DNA from: Azolla caroliniana | Taxonomy: Eukaryota; Plantae; Polypodiophyta | Direction of reading: 5' to 3' | Assembly: GCA_043228905.1 (NCBI GenBank) | Contig: JBHGNT010000004.1 | Location: 7,998,001-8,062,000 of the forward strand | DNA: 64,000 bases | Part shown: positions 51,356 to 64,000 of the stretch, piece after piece | Layout of the letters: the number at the start of each line of letters is the position of its first letter | How positions within the stretch are numbered: the stretch's first letter is position 1 | Program-made: the position numbers and the translations under genes | The notes under the pieces: generated by a model | Told to the model about the DNA's origin: nothing | The model's input: only the letters and a program-made list of their open reading frames with translations | Database searches by the model: none

Positions 51356-54300
51356 TGTCGAATACGAGTACATAATGGACATATTCACATTGTCCCATTT
51401 GACAGACTAGGTTTAGGCCATATTTGTAAATATCGGAAAGGGCAGTTACCCTAATTCAGTTTGCATTTAAACTAAACTTTGTAACCTAGTTGAAAGAGGA
51501 AAAAGGTTTTTTGCCATTGTAACTTCTTGATAATAATACAATTACACAGTTTGTGCCCATTGGTCTCTTTCTCTCTTTTTGCACTTGAATCTTGATCTTA
51601 TTTGCTGCAACAGTTGCCTTTGCTTTTCTTGTCAATCTGTTCTTCCTGACTTTGTTCACCATCAACCACAAGACCTTCATCATACAGAGTGTTGTTTTTG
51701 TTCCGCATCTAACGGTTGTTGTCAACATCTAATATCAAAGCTTGGTTGTGTACTTTGTTGCCCACTGTCTTTCATGAGTAGTCTCCCCTCTTCATGGGAA
51801 ACTTTCATGACAACCGTGTCCAATGCTTCAACAGCTACCGTTAAGTACTTTGAAGTCACGAGCACAATCCTGACTGAATCAGCTCGGAGAAAGTCTTTCG
51901 CCAAAGACTCGGCAGATGAAGCTTACGTAGTTCAAGGTTCGACCGACCGATCGAACAACCGGGGAAGAAGTTCTTCCCGACCGCCGAACAATCAGCGAAG
52001 CCGGAGCAAGTCCCGGGACAACCAAATCTGCAACTACTGCAAGAAACCGGGACACATCAAAGCCGACTGCGGGGCACTCAAAGCAAAAACCGACAAAGCT
52101 CAGAGAGTGGATCAGAAGAGTAGCCGACATGAGGAGTTCAACTACGTCGGCTCTTCAGCCAAAATTTTGATGACTGACCTGAACATATTGTCCATAGAGA
52201 ACTCAGTCAAATTAGAAGTTCTACTTACAACTGAGGAATCGAGCACATGGCTCTTGGACTCGGGCGCATCGTATCATGTGACATCTCACCGATCTCAGTT
52301 TCGGCAATACTCGAACTCGCACTCCGACTCAGTTTGAGTCGAAAACTCCCAGCATTGTGCTATAATCGGAATCAACACCGTAGAGCTCAACCTTCCGGGT
52401 GGCTCTACGCTCGTACTACACAACGTCCGACACGTTCCTGAGCTCTCAAGACCCCTGATCTCAGTTAGACAGCTTGACGAAGCCGGCATCCATGCTGGAT
52501 TCTCATCAGGAGGGTGGACACTCCACAAAGGGAACCTCCTGCTTGCTCAAGGACCAAAGGTACACTCCTTGTATCCTTTATATGTCACACTCAAAGAGGG
52601 TGACTTATTTTTGGTAGATATCCCCGTGTCATCGTTATGGCATGGACAACTTGGACACCTCAGCAAGGCCGGCATAACGCACTTATCCAGAGCCGGTTAC
52701 ATCCCCAAACTCTCCTTCTCGGATCACCAATTCTGGGAGCATTGCCAGTACGGCAAACAGGTAGCCACATCACACCCAACATCAACACCAAGAGAATCGA
52801 GCCCCCTCGATTTGGTCCACTCAGATGTTTGTGGCCCGATGCCACATCAGTCTCTCGGCGGTGCTTCGTACTTCGTTAGTTTTATTGACGACTCGACTCG
52901 GAAGGTGTGGGCTTACCCCATTAGAACCAAAAATCGGGTGTTCTCGATCTTCTCCGAATGGCTTGAAATGGTCGAAAATCAGACCAGTCGGAAACTGAAA
53001 TGTCTCCGAACCGACAATGGAGGAGAATTCAAGTTTGAAGAATTCCTCAAATTCTGTCGGGAGCGCGGCATTCGATGTGAATATACGACACCCTATAGTC
53101 CGGAGCAGAACGGAATTGATGAACGCTTGAATCGCACAATTCAAGAATGCGTAGTATCCATGCTCCAACACTCCGGACTGTCGGATGGCTTCTGGGCGGA
53201 GGCTCTACTTATGGCAGTACACATCATAAATATGTCGCCAAGTAGACCTCTAGGACTTCAAATACCTCAGGAAATATGAACCGGCAGTAAGCCGAATTAT
53301 GACAAGCTGAGGATCTTCGGTTGTGAGGCATACGCCCTCATACCAAAAGACGATCGCCGGAAACTCAAACCAAGATCAAGGAAATGCGTTTTCCTTGGGT
53401 ATGGACCCGACGGCGATATCAGATACCGACTATGGGACCCCGAGCACAGACAAATTGTCCGAAGTTCGGATGTCATGTTCAATGAGTCGACTATGCATAA
53501 AACGGCCGAAAAGCCTATTGAAGTCCGAAGGGTAATATTTTCCAAAGTGCCAACCCTTCATGACGGCCCAACCCACAGCACGAGATTGATTTCACGGGTA
53601 ACCGACAACTCTCGCACCAAATACACCGATTCGGCACAACCGAATGGCTCGGCTCCGGACCATCCGACATCGACACCCGGTGCGACCAATCCACTCATAC
53701 CTCAAAAATCCGAGAGACTGTCACAACCTCCGGAGAGGTACTCTCCCGAAATTTTCTTTACCGACGTCTTACGAAGAAGCATCAGCATCTGCCGATTCAG
53801 CCACATGGCATCTGGCAATGGAGTTGGAAATGCACTCCATTCGGGCAAACAAGACTTGGGACTTGGTCGAATTACCGAAGAATCGACGTGCTCTCCTATG
53901 TAAGTGGGTCTATCGACTAAAAGAGACGTCCGACTCGACCAACCCAAAGTACAAGGCCAGATTAGTTGCGAAGGGATTTAGACAAGAATATGGCGTCAAC
54001 TTTGACGAAATCTTTTCACCAGTGGTGAAAATGACGACCCTCTGTCTCATGCTCGGCGTCGTGGCTGCCGACAATTTGGAGCTGATTCAGCTAGATGTAA
54101 AAACGGCATTCCTCCACGGTGACCTTTAGGAGGAAATCTATATGGAGCAGCCGAAAGGCTTTGTGGCATCCGGCCAGGAACATCTAGTCTGCCGACTCAA
54201 GAAAAGTCTCTACGGCCTGAAACAGGCACCAAGACAGTGGTACAAGAAGTTCGACGACTTCATCCTATTGGTCGGCTTCTCCAAGAGCGATGAGGACCAC

Positions 54301-55850
54301 TGTCTCTTCACCAAAACAGCTCAAGACGGGTCTCCCGTCTTCCTCATCATCTACGTGGACGACATGCTACTCTCCGGTCAGCATGCCAGATAGCTCACAG
54401 AACTCGTTCGGCAACTGCGGTTGAAGTTTGCCATGAAGGACCTCGGTCCGACAAGACACATACTTGGTATGAAGATTAGTCGGTATCGCGATACACGACA
54501 ACTTTTCTTGTCTCAAACCGACTACATCGGACGTGTCTTAGAGCGCTTCAACATGCAATTGGCCAAGTCTACTTCGACCTCGCTCCCCATCAACCTTCGG
54601 CTATCTCAACGAGACTATCCAACATCTAGTCCGGAGGGGGAAGATATGAAGTCGGTACCGTATGCACTGGCAGTCGGCTCCCTCATGTACGCGATGGTCA
54701 CGACACGGCCTGATATTTTTCATGTTGTAGGAGTCGTCAACAGATTCATGCACAACCCCGGCCGATCGCACTAGAACGCAATTAAGCATGTGTTCAGATA
54801 TCTAGCTAGCACACAAAAGACCATGACATTCTTTTCGGCCCGAACTCAACCTCAGGCGTAGTCGGTTACACCGACTCGGACTTCGCCGGCTGTGTGGACA
54901 GTCAGAAATCAACAAACGTATATTGTTTCAAATTCGGCAATGGAGCAATCTCATGGAAGTCAAAACTTCAGGAGTGCACAACCACCTCAACAACCGAAGC
55001 AAAATATGTAGTTGCGTCTGACGCGGCAAAAGAAGCTTTATGGCTCGGTCGGCTGGCGCACACGTTTCGACAGGTCAACTCTGACTCGGCTCCAGTTGTC
55101 TACAGCAACAGTCAGGGTGTTGTTGCTTTGTCAAAAAATCCGGTTCACCACAACGCCTCTAAGCATATCGACGTTCGATATCACTTCGTTCGAGACTGTG
55201 TCATTTCAGGGAAAATCGGTCTCGAGAAGATATCCACAATCGATAATGTCGCAGATGGAATGACCAAGTGTCTTTCGGCGGATCGTTTCCGGTCCCTTCG
55301 GCACTAGATGGGCGTAACGAAAAATCGGTCCGATTAAAGTCGGACACACAGCACAGGATGGTTTCGGACCATCTACATCGGTTCTCTGAGGATCGGCTTC
55401 AGCTCTTCCGACCCGACCGGTTCGGTCCTCTATCTTCGGATCTTGCCGACTCTGACAAAACCGATATGTCCGATAAACCATGTATATATATATACCTGTA
55501 ATTCTTTAGATAACCCGTGTATACGCTCATTACGGGGGAGTGTCGAATACGAGTGTATAATGGCCGTATTCACATTGTTCCTTTGGACAGCGCAAGTTCG
55601 GGCTATTTTTGTAAATGGCATAAAGGGCAGTTGCCCTAGGACGGTCACTATATAAAGTGACTTTGTAACCTTTAGTGAAGGTTGGTTGTCATTTGTAACT
55701 GTTGCTATTGGAATATAACGTTTCCTTTGTGCCTCTCTCTCTCTCTCTCTCTCTCCCTCTGTGTCTATCTTGCTCATGCATACATAGGATAGGTTCTTCT
55801 TCATCACGAATGTTGCTTGCACTTCCGCATTGACGGCCTTGTCCCCAACA
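51356..55850 (+). mobile_element. Decayed Ty1/copia 'D'
   Basis: LTR-like 51356-51727 and 55541-55850; degenerate Met PBS; CNYCKKPGH, WLLDSGAS, integrase, YVDD RT and RNase H; PPT GGGGGAG at 55534-55540. Confidence 0.85.
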
Positions 55851-58800
55851 CCTATCACTTCTCCAAACACATCCAGAGATGGTCCAGATGTTCTTCCTTC
55901 CGACTATAGACTGCAAAATCGTCCAAAAAGACCTGCATAAACGCCAGAATGTATTCCCCAAATATTTCCATGATAATCCTTTGAAATGTCGCCGGTGTCG
56001 TCTTAAGTCCAAACATCATAACCACCACAATGAACACTCCCCATTCCGTAACAAACGTCGTCTTTTCCTAATCCTCCGGGTGCATCCGAATTTGATTGTA
56101 TTTGTTGAATCCGTCCAAGAAACTGTATACCTCATGACCGGCTACCACATCTAATACCCCGTCCGTGAATGGTAGTGGGAACGCATCCGTTATCGTGGCG
56201 GCATTCAGCTTTCGGTAGTCAACACAGACCCAAATCTTTCCATTTTTCTTTGGTATGATGACTATCGAACTTAGCCATTCGCTTGTTTTACCGGTCAGAT
56301 AAAACCGACTATTCGCATCTTATCAATTTCTTCTTTAGCTTTTGCCGCATAGTTTGGGTTCATCCAGTAACGTCACTGCGCTACCGGCTTCACGTCCTTG
56401 CTAAGGTGGATCTAGTGTTGGTATAGCTGGGGATCCAATCCTCACATATTCTTGTATGACCAAGTGAACACATCTCGAAATTCTTTGAGAAGTTCAACCA
56501 TTGCCATTTTCTCTTCCCGTGGCAATTCCTTTGCCACGTTCACCGGTTTCGGCGCTTCATTGGTCCCGAGGTTCACCTCTTCTAGGTGGGATGCCTTCAC
56601 TTTTTGAGATATGGCCAATTCCCGCTCTAGTGATTCCCGCGCTTGCCGCAGTTCCCGAATCGCCTCTGGATCTGGCTCGTCAAATTCTCCTTCCCGGCGT
56701 GTGACATACGGTGTGACGGCTTCAACCACGTCCACTTCAAATAACAGTACGATCTTTGGATGTTCTTCCAGGTATCGATCGACTTCGTCTCCTCCATAAT
56801 ACTTTCTCCATAGAGCGGTGCCAACTCCTTACTTGTACCCGCGCGTTGTTGTGTTGGCACCCGCACTTTCGTCTTCCCTCATCGGAAGGTAATTACGTGT
56901 TTCTGCCAGTTTTGCTTAATATGCGTCGTCCGCAGCCATGATCTTCCTAACAACAGGGGGTAAGCCCCTTGTGCGTTGAGTTGCAGGACCATTGCGGATA
57001 TTCGGAACACGTGCCCTCCGATTGTAATCTCTAAGTTCTCGATGAGTCTGATTGGCCGGACAGAACTGGTATCTGCCATTCTCAGCCAGAATGGGCACGG
57101 TTCCCATTCTCTGATACCCAGGGTATCGCATGTTCGTTGGTTGATCACGTTCACAACGGAACCTCCGTCAACAATTGTTCTGAGTATCTCTCTTCCTTTG
57201 ATAATAACGATAATCGTCGGATTGCTGGTGTCTGCTACTACCGGTCCTTCCTCCGGATTGGAGAAGAATGATGGTGTCGGCTCCGGGTTTTTGTGATGTT
57301 AACACCAATTTAAGTCCTTTCGTAAATTGGGGAACTAACTACAACAAGCAGCCGAGAGGCAACATGATCTGACATTGTTGTAACGCTTGTCAGGTGGGAT
57401 CGTTGTCCATTATCTCTAATGGTTCTTCCGGAGGCTTGATCTGTTCTTGTACTTCAACCGCGTTTGCTTTTTGAATCCATTCGGTGGCTTGTTTCCTAAT
57501 GGCCTCCTAGGTCTCCCACTCGGCAGCTTTTCCTTTGGATCTTGTGGTGACTTGTTGAACATCTGTAACTTCTGCGGTTACCATGTTTACCGTCAGCTGC
57601 TTATCATTGGACTTTACCGAGCACTGGCTACTATAATGACCTTCCTTCCGACAGTAGTAGCAGTAAACCCTCTGAATATTACTTGATTCTCCTTTTTCTA
57701 TAATTCTCGGCTTAATACCGGAAGTCATCTAGTTATTATCTTCCGTCCTCCGTTGCTCTAGTTGTGGGACTGTTGTACATGCATCCGGCTCTCGTTGGTA
57801 CTCTCTGTTTGATTCCCAATGCTCTTCTCGGTGATACTTTCCCCTACGGTTGTTGCGGCGGCGGTTCCAGTACCCCTAGCGTTCTGGGTACCGTCTATCC
57901 TGATCTGGGCACGCCCGTCACTCTGGGTACCTTTCGTCATCTCTCCGTCGGTCATAATCTAGGGTGTAGTCGCAATCGTTACAATCTTAGTTGTAGTCCT
58001 CTCTTCGCCTGTCGTTGCGGTCTCGGTCATAGTCTTCTCTTCTTCTATCATCATACTAGTAGCCACATTCCAGTCGATATCGTTCCTCTTCCGGTTGCTA
58101 CACGCCCCGGGGCTCAATATGTCGAACCGGTGCCGCTTGTCGATTTAACAGGTTGTACTCACACCGGTCCATGCTGTGTGACCGGGAGTTACACAACATG
58201 CCCTAAGTTCACATCATTCATTCTAATGTGGAGTGACCGAGGTTGAGGCATGTCGTACATTGGACTGCCTGTCAAAACCGTAAGTCTTCCTCTCTAAGGA
58301 GCGCTCGTTGTAGGGCCCCCATCGCCATGTAATTACTATTCTAGGCCCTGTCCATTTCCAGCACCCGGTTGATAACTTGATCAATGGTGCTGGTCCAAAA
58401 GTCAAATACGGACAACATTGTTCGAAGCAGCTCCGGGAGCGCGGCCAAAAAGAACACTTTTGCCTCATCCTCCAAAGGTGTCCTTGTCAACTCACTGTGT
58501 AGTGTCTGGAATCGGATAATGAATTGGGGAATTGTCTCGTTGGGTTCCTGATAGACCATATAAAATTGGTCGACGAGCTCCCTTTGTTCCACCTATCGGT
58601 GAAATAGTGATAGGAATTTATCCCGCAAGGCTTCAAACATGGCGAAGCTACCTAGAAGGTGCTTTTTGTGCCACATGGCTATTGGGCCTTCTAGTATCAT
58701 TCTGAACTCCGCGATCTTTGAACACTCTACCTCTGCTTCTATCAATCGTTGTGAGACATGGTTCGCCTCCCATGTCTATAGGAAAGCATAAATGTGTGCC

Positions 58801-59994
58801 TCTGCGTCTGGTTCGTCCCGATACTTCGGGTACGGGTACGACATGATGTCATCGTCAGAAGGTTGTTTTGGAGGTGGTGTCGGTACCCCATCGTCCGTTT
58901 TCTCCGATTGTTGGCCCAATGGTGATGTTGGCATGTGATCATTTTTCTCCTCCAATTTTCGGTCCAGTGGTGGTGTCGGCACACGATCGTTCTTCTCCTC
59001 GGATTGTTGGTCCGGTGGTGGTGTTGGTTTACGCCTGACCATTCTCTCATATTGTTGGTCTCAGTTTATCTCGTGGGCCGACAGTGTGGGTAATGTTGTT
59101 TTCGATTCTGGTGTCGATGCGTGCTCTGAACCGTCTTCATCCGGGTCGTCCGGAGTGTCGTGACTGTTTCGATAGTTTGACTGAACACTATGCTCGCCAT
59201 CTGATTCCGACTCAAAGGCGGAAAATGCTTCCGGTTCACCGACGCCTATGGCGAGGGTTTGCAGTATAGATTTTGCTTCACGTAAACTGCTTAGGCTACT
59301 GCCTTCATCGGTATGTTGTTGATTTTGCAACTGGAGTGACTCCTCAGTGACCTGCCGAATCACTCTAGGAAAAGACCAGTCCTGACTGATCTCCTCGGTC
59401 GCCTGCTGGTAGGCCTCCTGCCTCCGCAATCTCTCAGCTAGTCTTCTCACTCGTTCGGCGAATGGGTCGTTCGTCGGTCTAGTCATCCATTCCCTGATGT
59501 TCACTTCACTCTGCAGCCATCGTGGTCACCAAAATTGTGTTTATCCTAGGCTGGACTAGCCACAAACATGGGGTGTCCTTCTGGATCACTTCACCAAATG
59601 GGTGGTTACGGGTAGGATGTTAACCAGCACAGATATGCCTCTAATTCGACTGTTCCGGATCGGTTCCGGAATGGCAATATACATCGATTGATTAACACTC
59701 GTAAGATATTAAATTAAGCATAGACGGTAGTAGACAAGATACACAATACTGAAATCCAAATTTAACTTATACATTACTTCCGCATTCATTACATTGCTTT
59801 TCGGATCCTTTTATAGGCATCCGGTTCTAATTACCAAACGGTGCCATACTGACAACCGGCTATGAATCGGTCTGGATCCAAATAGGTGCAACTATTCTGG
59901 ATTCATTTCCTATTATAATTATCACTAATTAATAACTAATACTAATCTCTGTTCCCGACTCGTTCCCCACTTGTCCTCCATACTCTAGCCAACA
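55851..59994 (-). mobile_element. Truncated decayed Ty3/gypsy (non-chromovirus): 5' LTR, gag, protease, partial RT
   Basis: LTR ~59538-59994; PBS-like TGGTGACCACG; CYYCRKEGHYSSQC knuckle; IVDGGS protease; VFLDDF RT. Confidence 0.82.
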
Positions 59995-61709
59995 ATTTGC
60001 TTTCGACTTGCACAGTCGGGCATGCATCATATACAATGTGCCCTCTTTCTCTGCTCGGGAGTTGATTACCCATGTGCACACTTTGCTTGAAAGATTTGTG
60101 CTTGCCTACTCACAAATGAACAGAATCTCCTCTGCATTTGGAACTACGACTAATGTGCCCTTTTCCTTAGAAATCTTTTTGGGTTTGACATCCTTACTAA
60201 CACCTTTGTCCTTCTTGAGATGCTAGTAGTTCTTCTGGAGTGTCCAGGCTTTCCACAGTAAAAGCATGTAAGCTTTCCTTTGGACTTGGATCTGGCTTGG
60301 GAACTTTCCCTTCTTTGTGGACTTCTTCACCAGTTCCTTCCTTTGCCGATGTGTTGAGTCAAGTTTGACTCCGACTGGGACAAGACACCCTTGTCCTTCC
60401 TTCTTGTCTCCTCGTTCAAGATACTTGTCTTTACCACTTGTAGAGACAAGTTCTCTTCTTGACATGAGGTGTTGAGAGTCACCACCAGGTTTCCCACCTA
60501 TCCGGCAGGGTACACAATAGTAGTATTGCTTGCATTGCATCCTCAAGGGGAAACTTGGTTGACACAAGTTGGTTCACATACCCCATGAATGTGCTTATGT
60601 GTTCAACTATGCTTTCTCCATCCCTGTATTTCAGCCTCACAATCTTTCTCATTAGAGATGTTTTGCTGAGGGTGTTCTTCCTCTCATATAGTCATGACAG
60701 CTTCTGCCACATCCCATAGGCATTTGTGTCGGCTGCCACATGTTGAAGAACACTTACATCGACGCACTATCTGATGGTGGCCACCGCCTTTCTAGTCAAA
60801 AGTTTCCATTCAGACTCTAATGCCCCCATGGGTATTTTTGCTCTGTCGATGGGCTCATACAAGTCTTTAACTATGAGAAGGTCTTCCATCTCTTATCTTC
60901 CAGTGTGCATAGTTCTAAGATTTTAGAACTATCATGCCTAGGAAGCCACTAACACCTCCTTCCATCTTTCACATGTCGCTCTAATACCAGGTTATTGAGG
61001 TTTGAACCTCAGATCTATGAGAAAGACCAACTCGAATATACACAATAATACGGAAAAACAAAAAACAGCACAGTACACGAAATATACACAAAGATTTACG
61101 TGGAAAACCCTAAACGGGAAAAAACCACAGGAGAACAAATCTTCATTATTACAGTGGATATACAAGACGAAGAGATTACAACACTCTCTCAACACAGAGT
61201 GTAACAGCCACACAAGGCTCTTGACGTCTAGACTTAGCTGTGGCGCCACTCACACACACTCTCTCTCTTTCTCACACTCTCTACAACGCTACGTTATATT
61301 TTGTTCTTCTATTCTACAACTGAAAGTATTGCCCTAAGTGTATTTATACTTATACACATAATGGGCTATTTACAAATGTAGCCTCTACTACTTTCATTCC
61401 TATTATTATACTAATAATAATATCAGTTGATCATCCGACTCCTATGTCGACTGTCCAGTCGGCCCAACTAGTTGGCCTTGTCTTCGGCCATCTAGTCAGC
61501 CCGACTAGTCGATTGTGTCCTCGACTTGGACTCCCCCCCATTGTCGACTCCCCCAATCGACTCTCCATGTCGATTCTCTCAAAGTCAACTCTTCATGTCA
61601 TCAACTGTCGACTCTTGGCTCGACCAATCAACTACTCCTTATCTTCGATTGTCAACTCTTATGTAGCCGAACAATTGGCTCCTTCCATAGGAGGGACATA
61701 TTCCTAACA
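59995..61709 (-). mobile_element. Decayed copia 'E' (relative of copia B): 5' LTR and gag
   Basis: LTR 60993-61709; PBS-like TGGTATTAGAGC; gag remnant MEDLLIVKDLYEPIDR matching copia B. Confidence 0.82.
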
Positions 61710-62485
61710 ACTATTTGGCAATACCAGCTTCATCGGGGTCTTCAGAGGAAGCTAACGCCGAAGCTCGTGATAACTTCGAAGATAGGCAACGGTTGCATTC
61801 ATGCACTTTCAAGGTTGGTTAGATTTACTTGACAATGTAAACATTCTTCTACTTGAAGATATTCATGATGCCTGTAATAGTTTAGATATCAATTTAGAAG
61901 AGATGATGTTATTGAATACTTGTACTTGGACTAGTGAAAATTATTGGAATACAACCAACTTAGACAATTGATGACTTCTTACATTTTTGAAATACCATTT
62001 ATATTTTTCTTCTTCTTTATAAACTAAGAGACATATGTCTTGCTTTTCTTTAAATGAAGGGACAAGGGTGTATCGTTACTGTTGATTTTTTTTGTTTATA
62101 CTAAGCTTATTCCTTAAATGAAAATTTTGTCATTGATTCTGTTTTCGTGTCGAGTGGTACTGAAGAGACTCTAGTTTTGATCCTTATAACGTGTTTCAAT
62201 TGTCATTAAATTCTCTATTTCTTCAGAGATTGAAATGTTAAAGAAAGCATTAATCATTTTGGTTGTTTTTATGAAATGATAGTTTGGCGAATAAAAATGT
62301 CACGTTGTTTGTAATATACCACCCAATGCACCATTATAGTTGCTTAACCGGTTAAGCCTAAACCAGTTTAGGGATCGGTTTGGTTTGGTTTAGGTTTGAG
62401 AACCCCAAACTGGTTTCGGCTTAACCAGTTTGGCTTGGATAAGGAAAAACCGGTTAAGCCTAAGCTGAACCGTTGCCGATTCCTA
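61710..62485 (+). mobile_element. 3' remnant of a hAT DNA transposon
   Basis: Peptide YLAIPASSGSSEEANAEARDNFEDRQRLHSCTFK resembles the hAT C-terminal dimerisation motif; AAACC/GGTTT-rich subterminal repeats 62345-62470; terminus ...GCCGATTCCTA (TAGG on the minus strand). Confidence 0.65.
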
Positions 62486-63766
62486 TACATATGTATATAC
62501 ATACATACATACATACATACATACATACATACATAGTCTTCTTCAGAAAAGCAAGTGTGTAAGAAAGAGATCCATGGTGCTCTCTTACTCATAACTACTA
62601 CTTCTATCATGGATTGGATCCATGGGCGTCTCTCTCTCTCTCTCTCTCTCATTTTGGGACATTTGATCAAACCCATCTCACTCTAACATGTGCTAATTAT
62701 CTTCTCTCTCTTTCTCTCTTTCTCTCTCTGTGTCTGCATATGTATGTATGTATGTATGTATGTAGAGATGCCGGAAAAGAAAACACACACTTCTTGCCAT
62801 AGCCGGATCGCCCACATTCAGCTTTTTTCACCTTTCTGAAAATAAGCGATTTTCATGAAGTGGGTTGTGCACTGAATCAAAGGTTAGACCCTTCTCTCTT
62901 TCTCTTTCTCTCTCTGTGTTCTCGTCTGTCTAATCCAACTCTATTATTAAGAAATCCGCATTCTTTTCTTCTTTCTCTGCTTCCGTAGTTATACCATTCA
63001 TACTTTTTTCCCATCTCCCTGGTTCGCGATTTTGGGGAATCGGCAGTCTCTTCTTCCTGTGTAGTGGTTCGGCTTCTTCTCTGTCTTGAGTATTTTTCAT
63101 TGTTCGCTCAGATTGTTTTTGATGGATCTATGTAGGCTATTGAGTCGTTGCCACCAAGAATTATATGGTGATGTGTCTTATAAATAAATGCAAAATTTTG
63201 CGAGCAAATTGGATTTCTTTTTGTAGCGAATGACACTGTGAGGCATTAGGGTTTGAATTGTAGGTTTCTTTGATGTAATCTTGCCTTTGACGTTTCTTTC
63301 TAGAATTCCCTGATATAATTGTGTTTTCTAGGGTTTGAATGGTTGGATAGTGAACAGAATGGAGGACCGAAGCGGAGAAAAGACTGTGTCAGGAAACCCT
63401 AGAAAGCAAACTCTTAGACAATAATTTATCAGGAAACCTGATGCTGGTAAAATTTCTCTGCTCTAGGGTGCAATGCTATACACAAGGAAATTTACTAATT
63501 TGCCCTGAATTCCTGATAAAGTTTAGGTTTTTTTATTGTCTGGTCTTTTGAGGGAGCTTGGATTTTGAAGAAAGCGTAGCTAAAGGTTAGATCATTCATT
63601 TTCTATTTTAGTTCTTTCTTCTTTCGAGTTTTTATGACAGCCTCGATTTTGGAGGAAGAGAACTAAATTTTTAGGTATTTTATTTACTATTTCAGATTTT
63701 TATTCTTTTGTGATGTTATTTCAGTGTTTTGATTCTGTAGGAGGAAGGGAGCTAACTAAGGTATCC

Positions 63767-64000
63767 ATGAGTCAAGGTAGGAAAGGTAAAGGAAGTCGGG
63801 CTCCGGCTGAAGTAGTACCCGATGAGTTCCGATGCAAACGATCCGATGGTAAACAATGGCGGTGCAGTGCACGAGCTGTAGAGGGGAAAAGCATGTGTGA
63901 AAAGCATATTGTACAAGCCAAGAAAAGAGCAGCAGGACCAATAACTGGGACAGGAATTGGAATTGCACCCGGAACAGGTATAGGAACTGGCATAGGATTA
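63767..64000 (+). CDS. WRC-domain protein, JMJ24/KDM3-type JmjC-family-like; N-terminus only, runs off the window
   Basis: MSQGRK...PDEFRCKRSDGKQWRCSARAVEGKSMCEKHIVQAKKRAA (WRC C3H zinc finger); pyrimidine tract plus TAG acceptor at 63740 suggests a 5' UTR intron. Not in the ORF track because no stop falls inside the window. Confidence 0.85.
   Translation, partial: MSQGRKGKGSRAPAEVVPDEFRCKRSDGKQWRCSARAVEGKSMCEKHIVQAKKRAAGPITGTGIGIAPGTGIGTGIGL

Overview
Eukaryotic, AT-rich plant nuclear DNA, probably a non-seed land plant (inferred from a Tcn1-like chromovirus and the repeat style). There are three host genes: a single-exon ANTH/AP180-type clathrin assembly protein (10512-12464, +), a convergent two-exon Mal d 1/Fra a 1-associated-protein homologue (16112-14572, -), and the start of a WRC-domain JMJ24-like gene (63767 onward, +). 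About 46 kb between the last two genes is a deeply nested transposon island. It holds a LINE split by a Tcn1-like Ty3 element and by a solo LTR, which was itself split by about 25 kb of further insertions (several Ty1/copia elements including one near-intact young copy, non-chromovirus Ty3 elements, solo LTRs and a non-coding LTR element), and it ends with a hAT remnant. Two signals stand out. (i) Several LTR families and a tandem array carry tRNA-like A-box/B-box cassettes at tRNA spacing. (ii) Two LTR elements lack a tRNA primer-binding site and instead show co-varying complementarity between the predicted transcript 5' end and the PBS position (Tf1-type self-priming); one of them is non-coding. 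All calls were made by eye without database searches.
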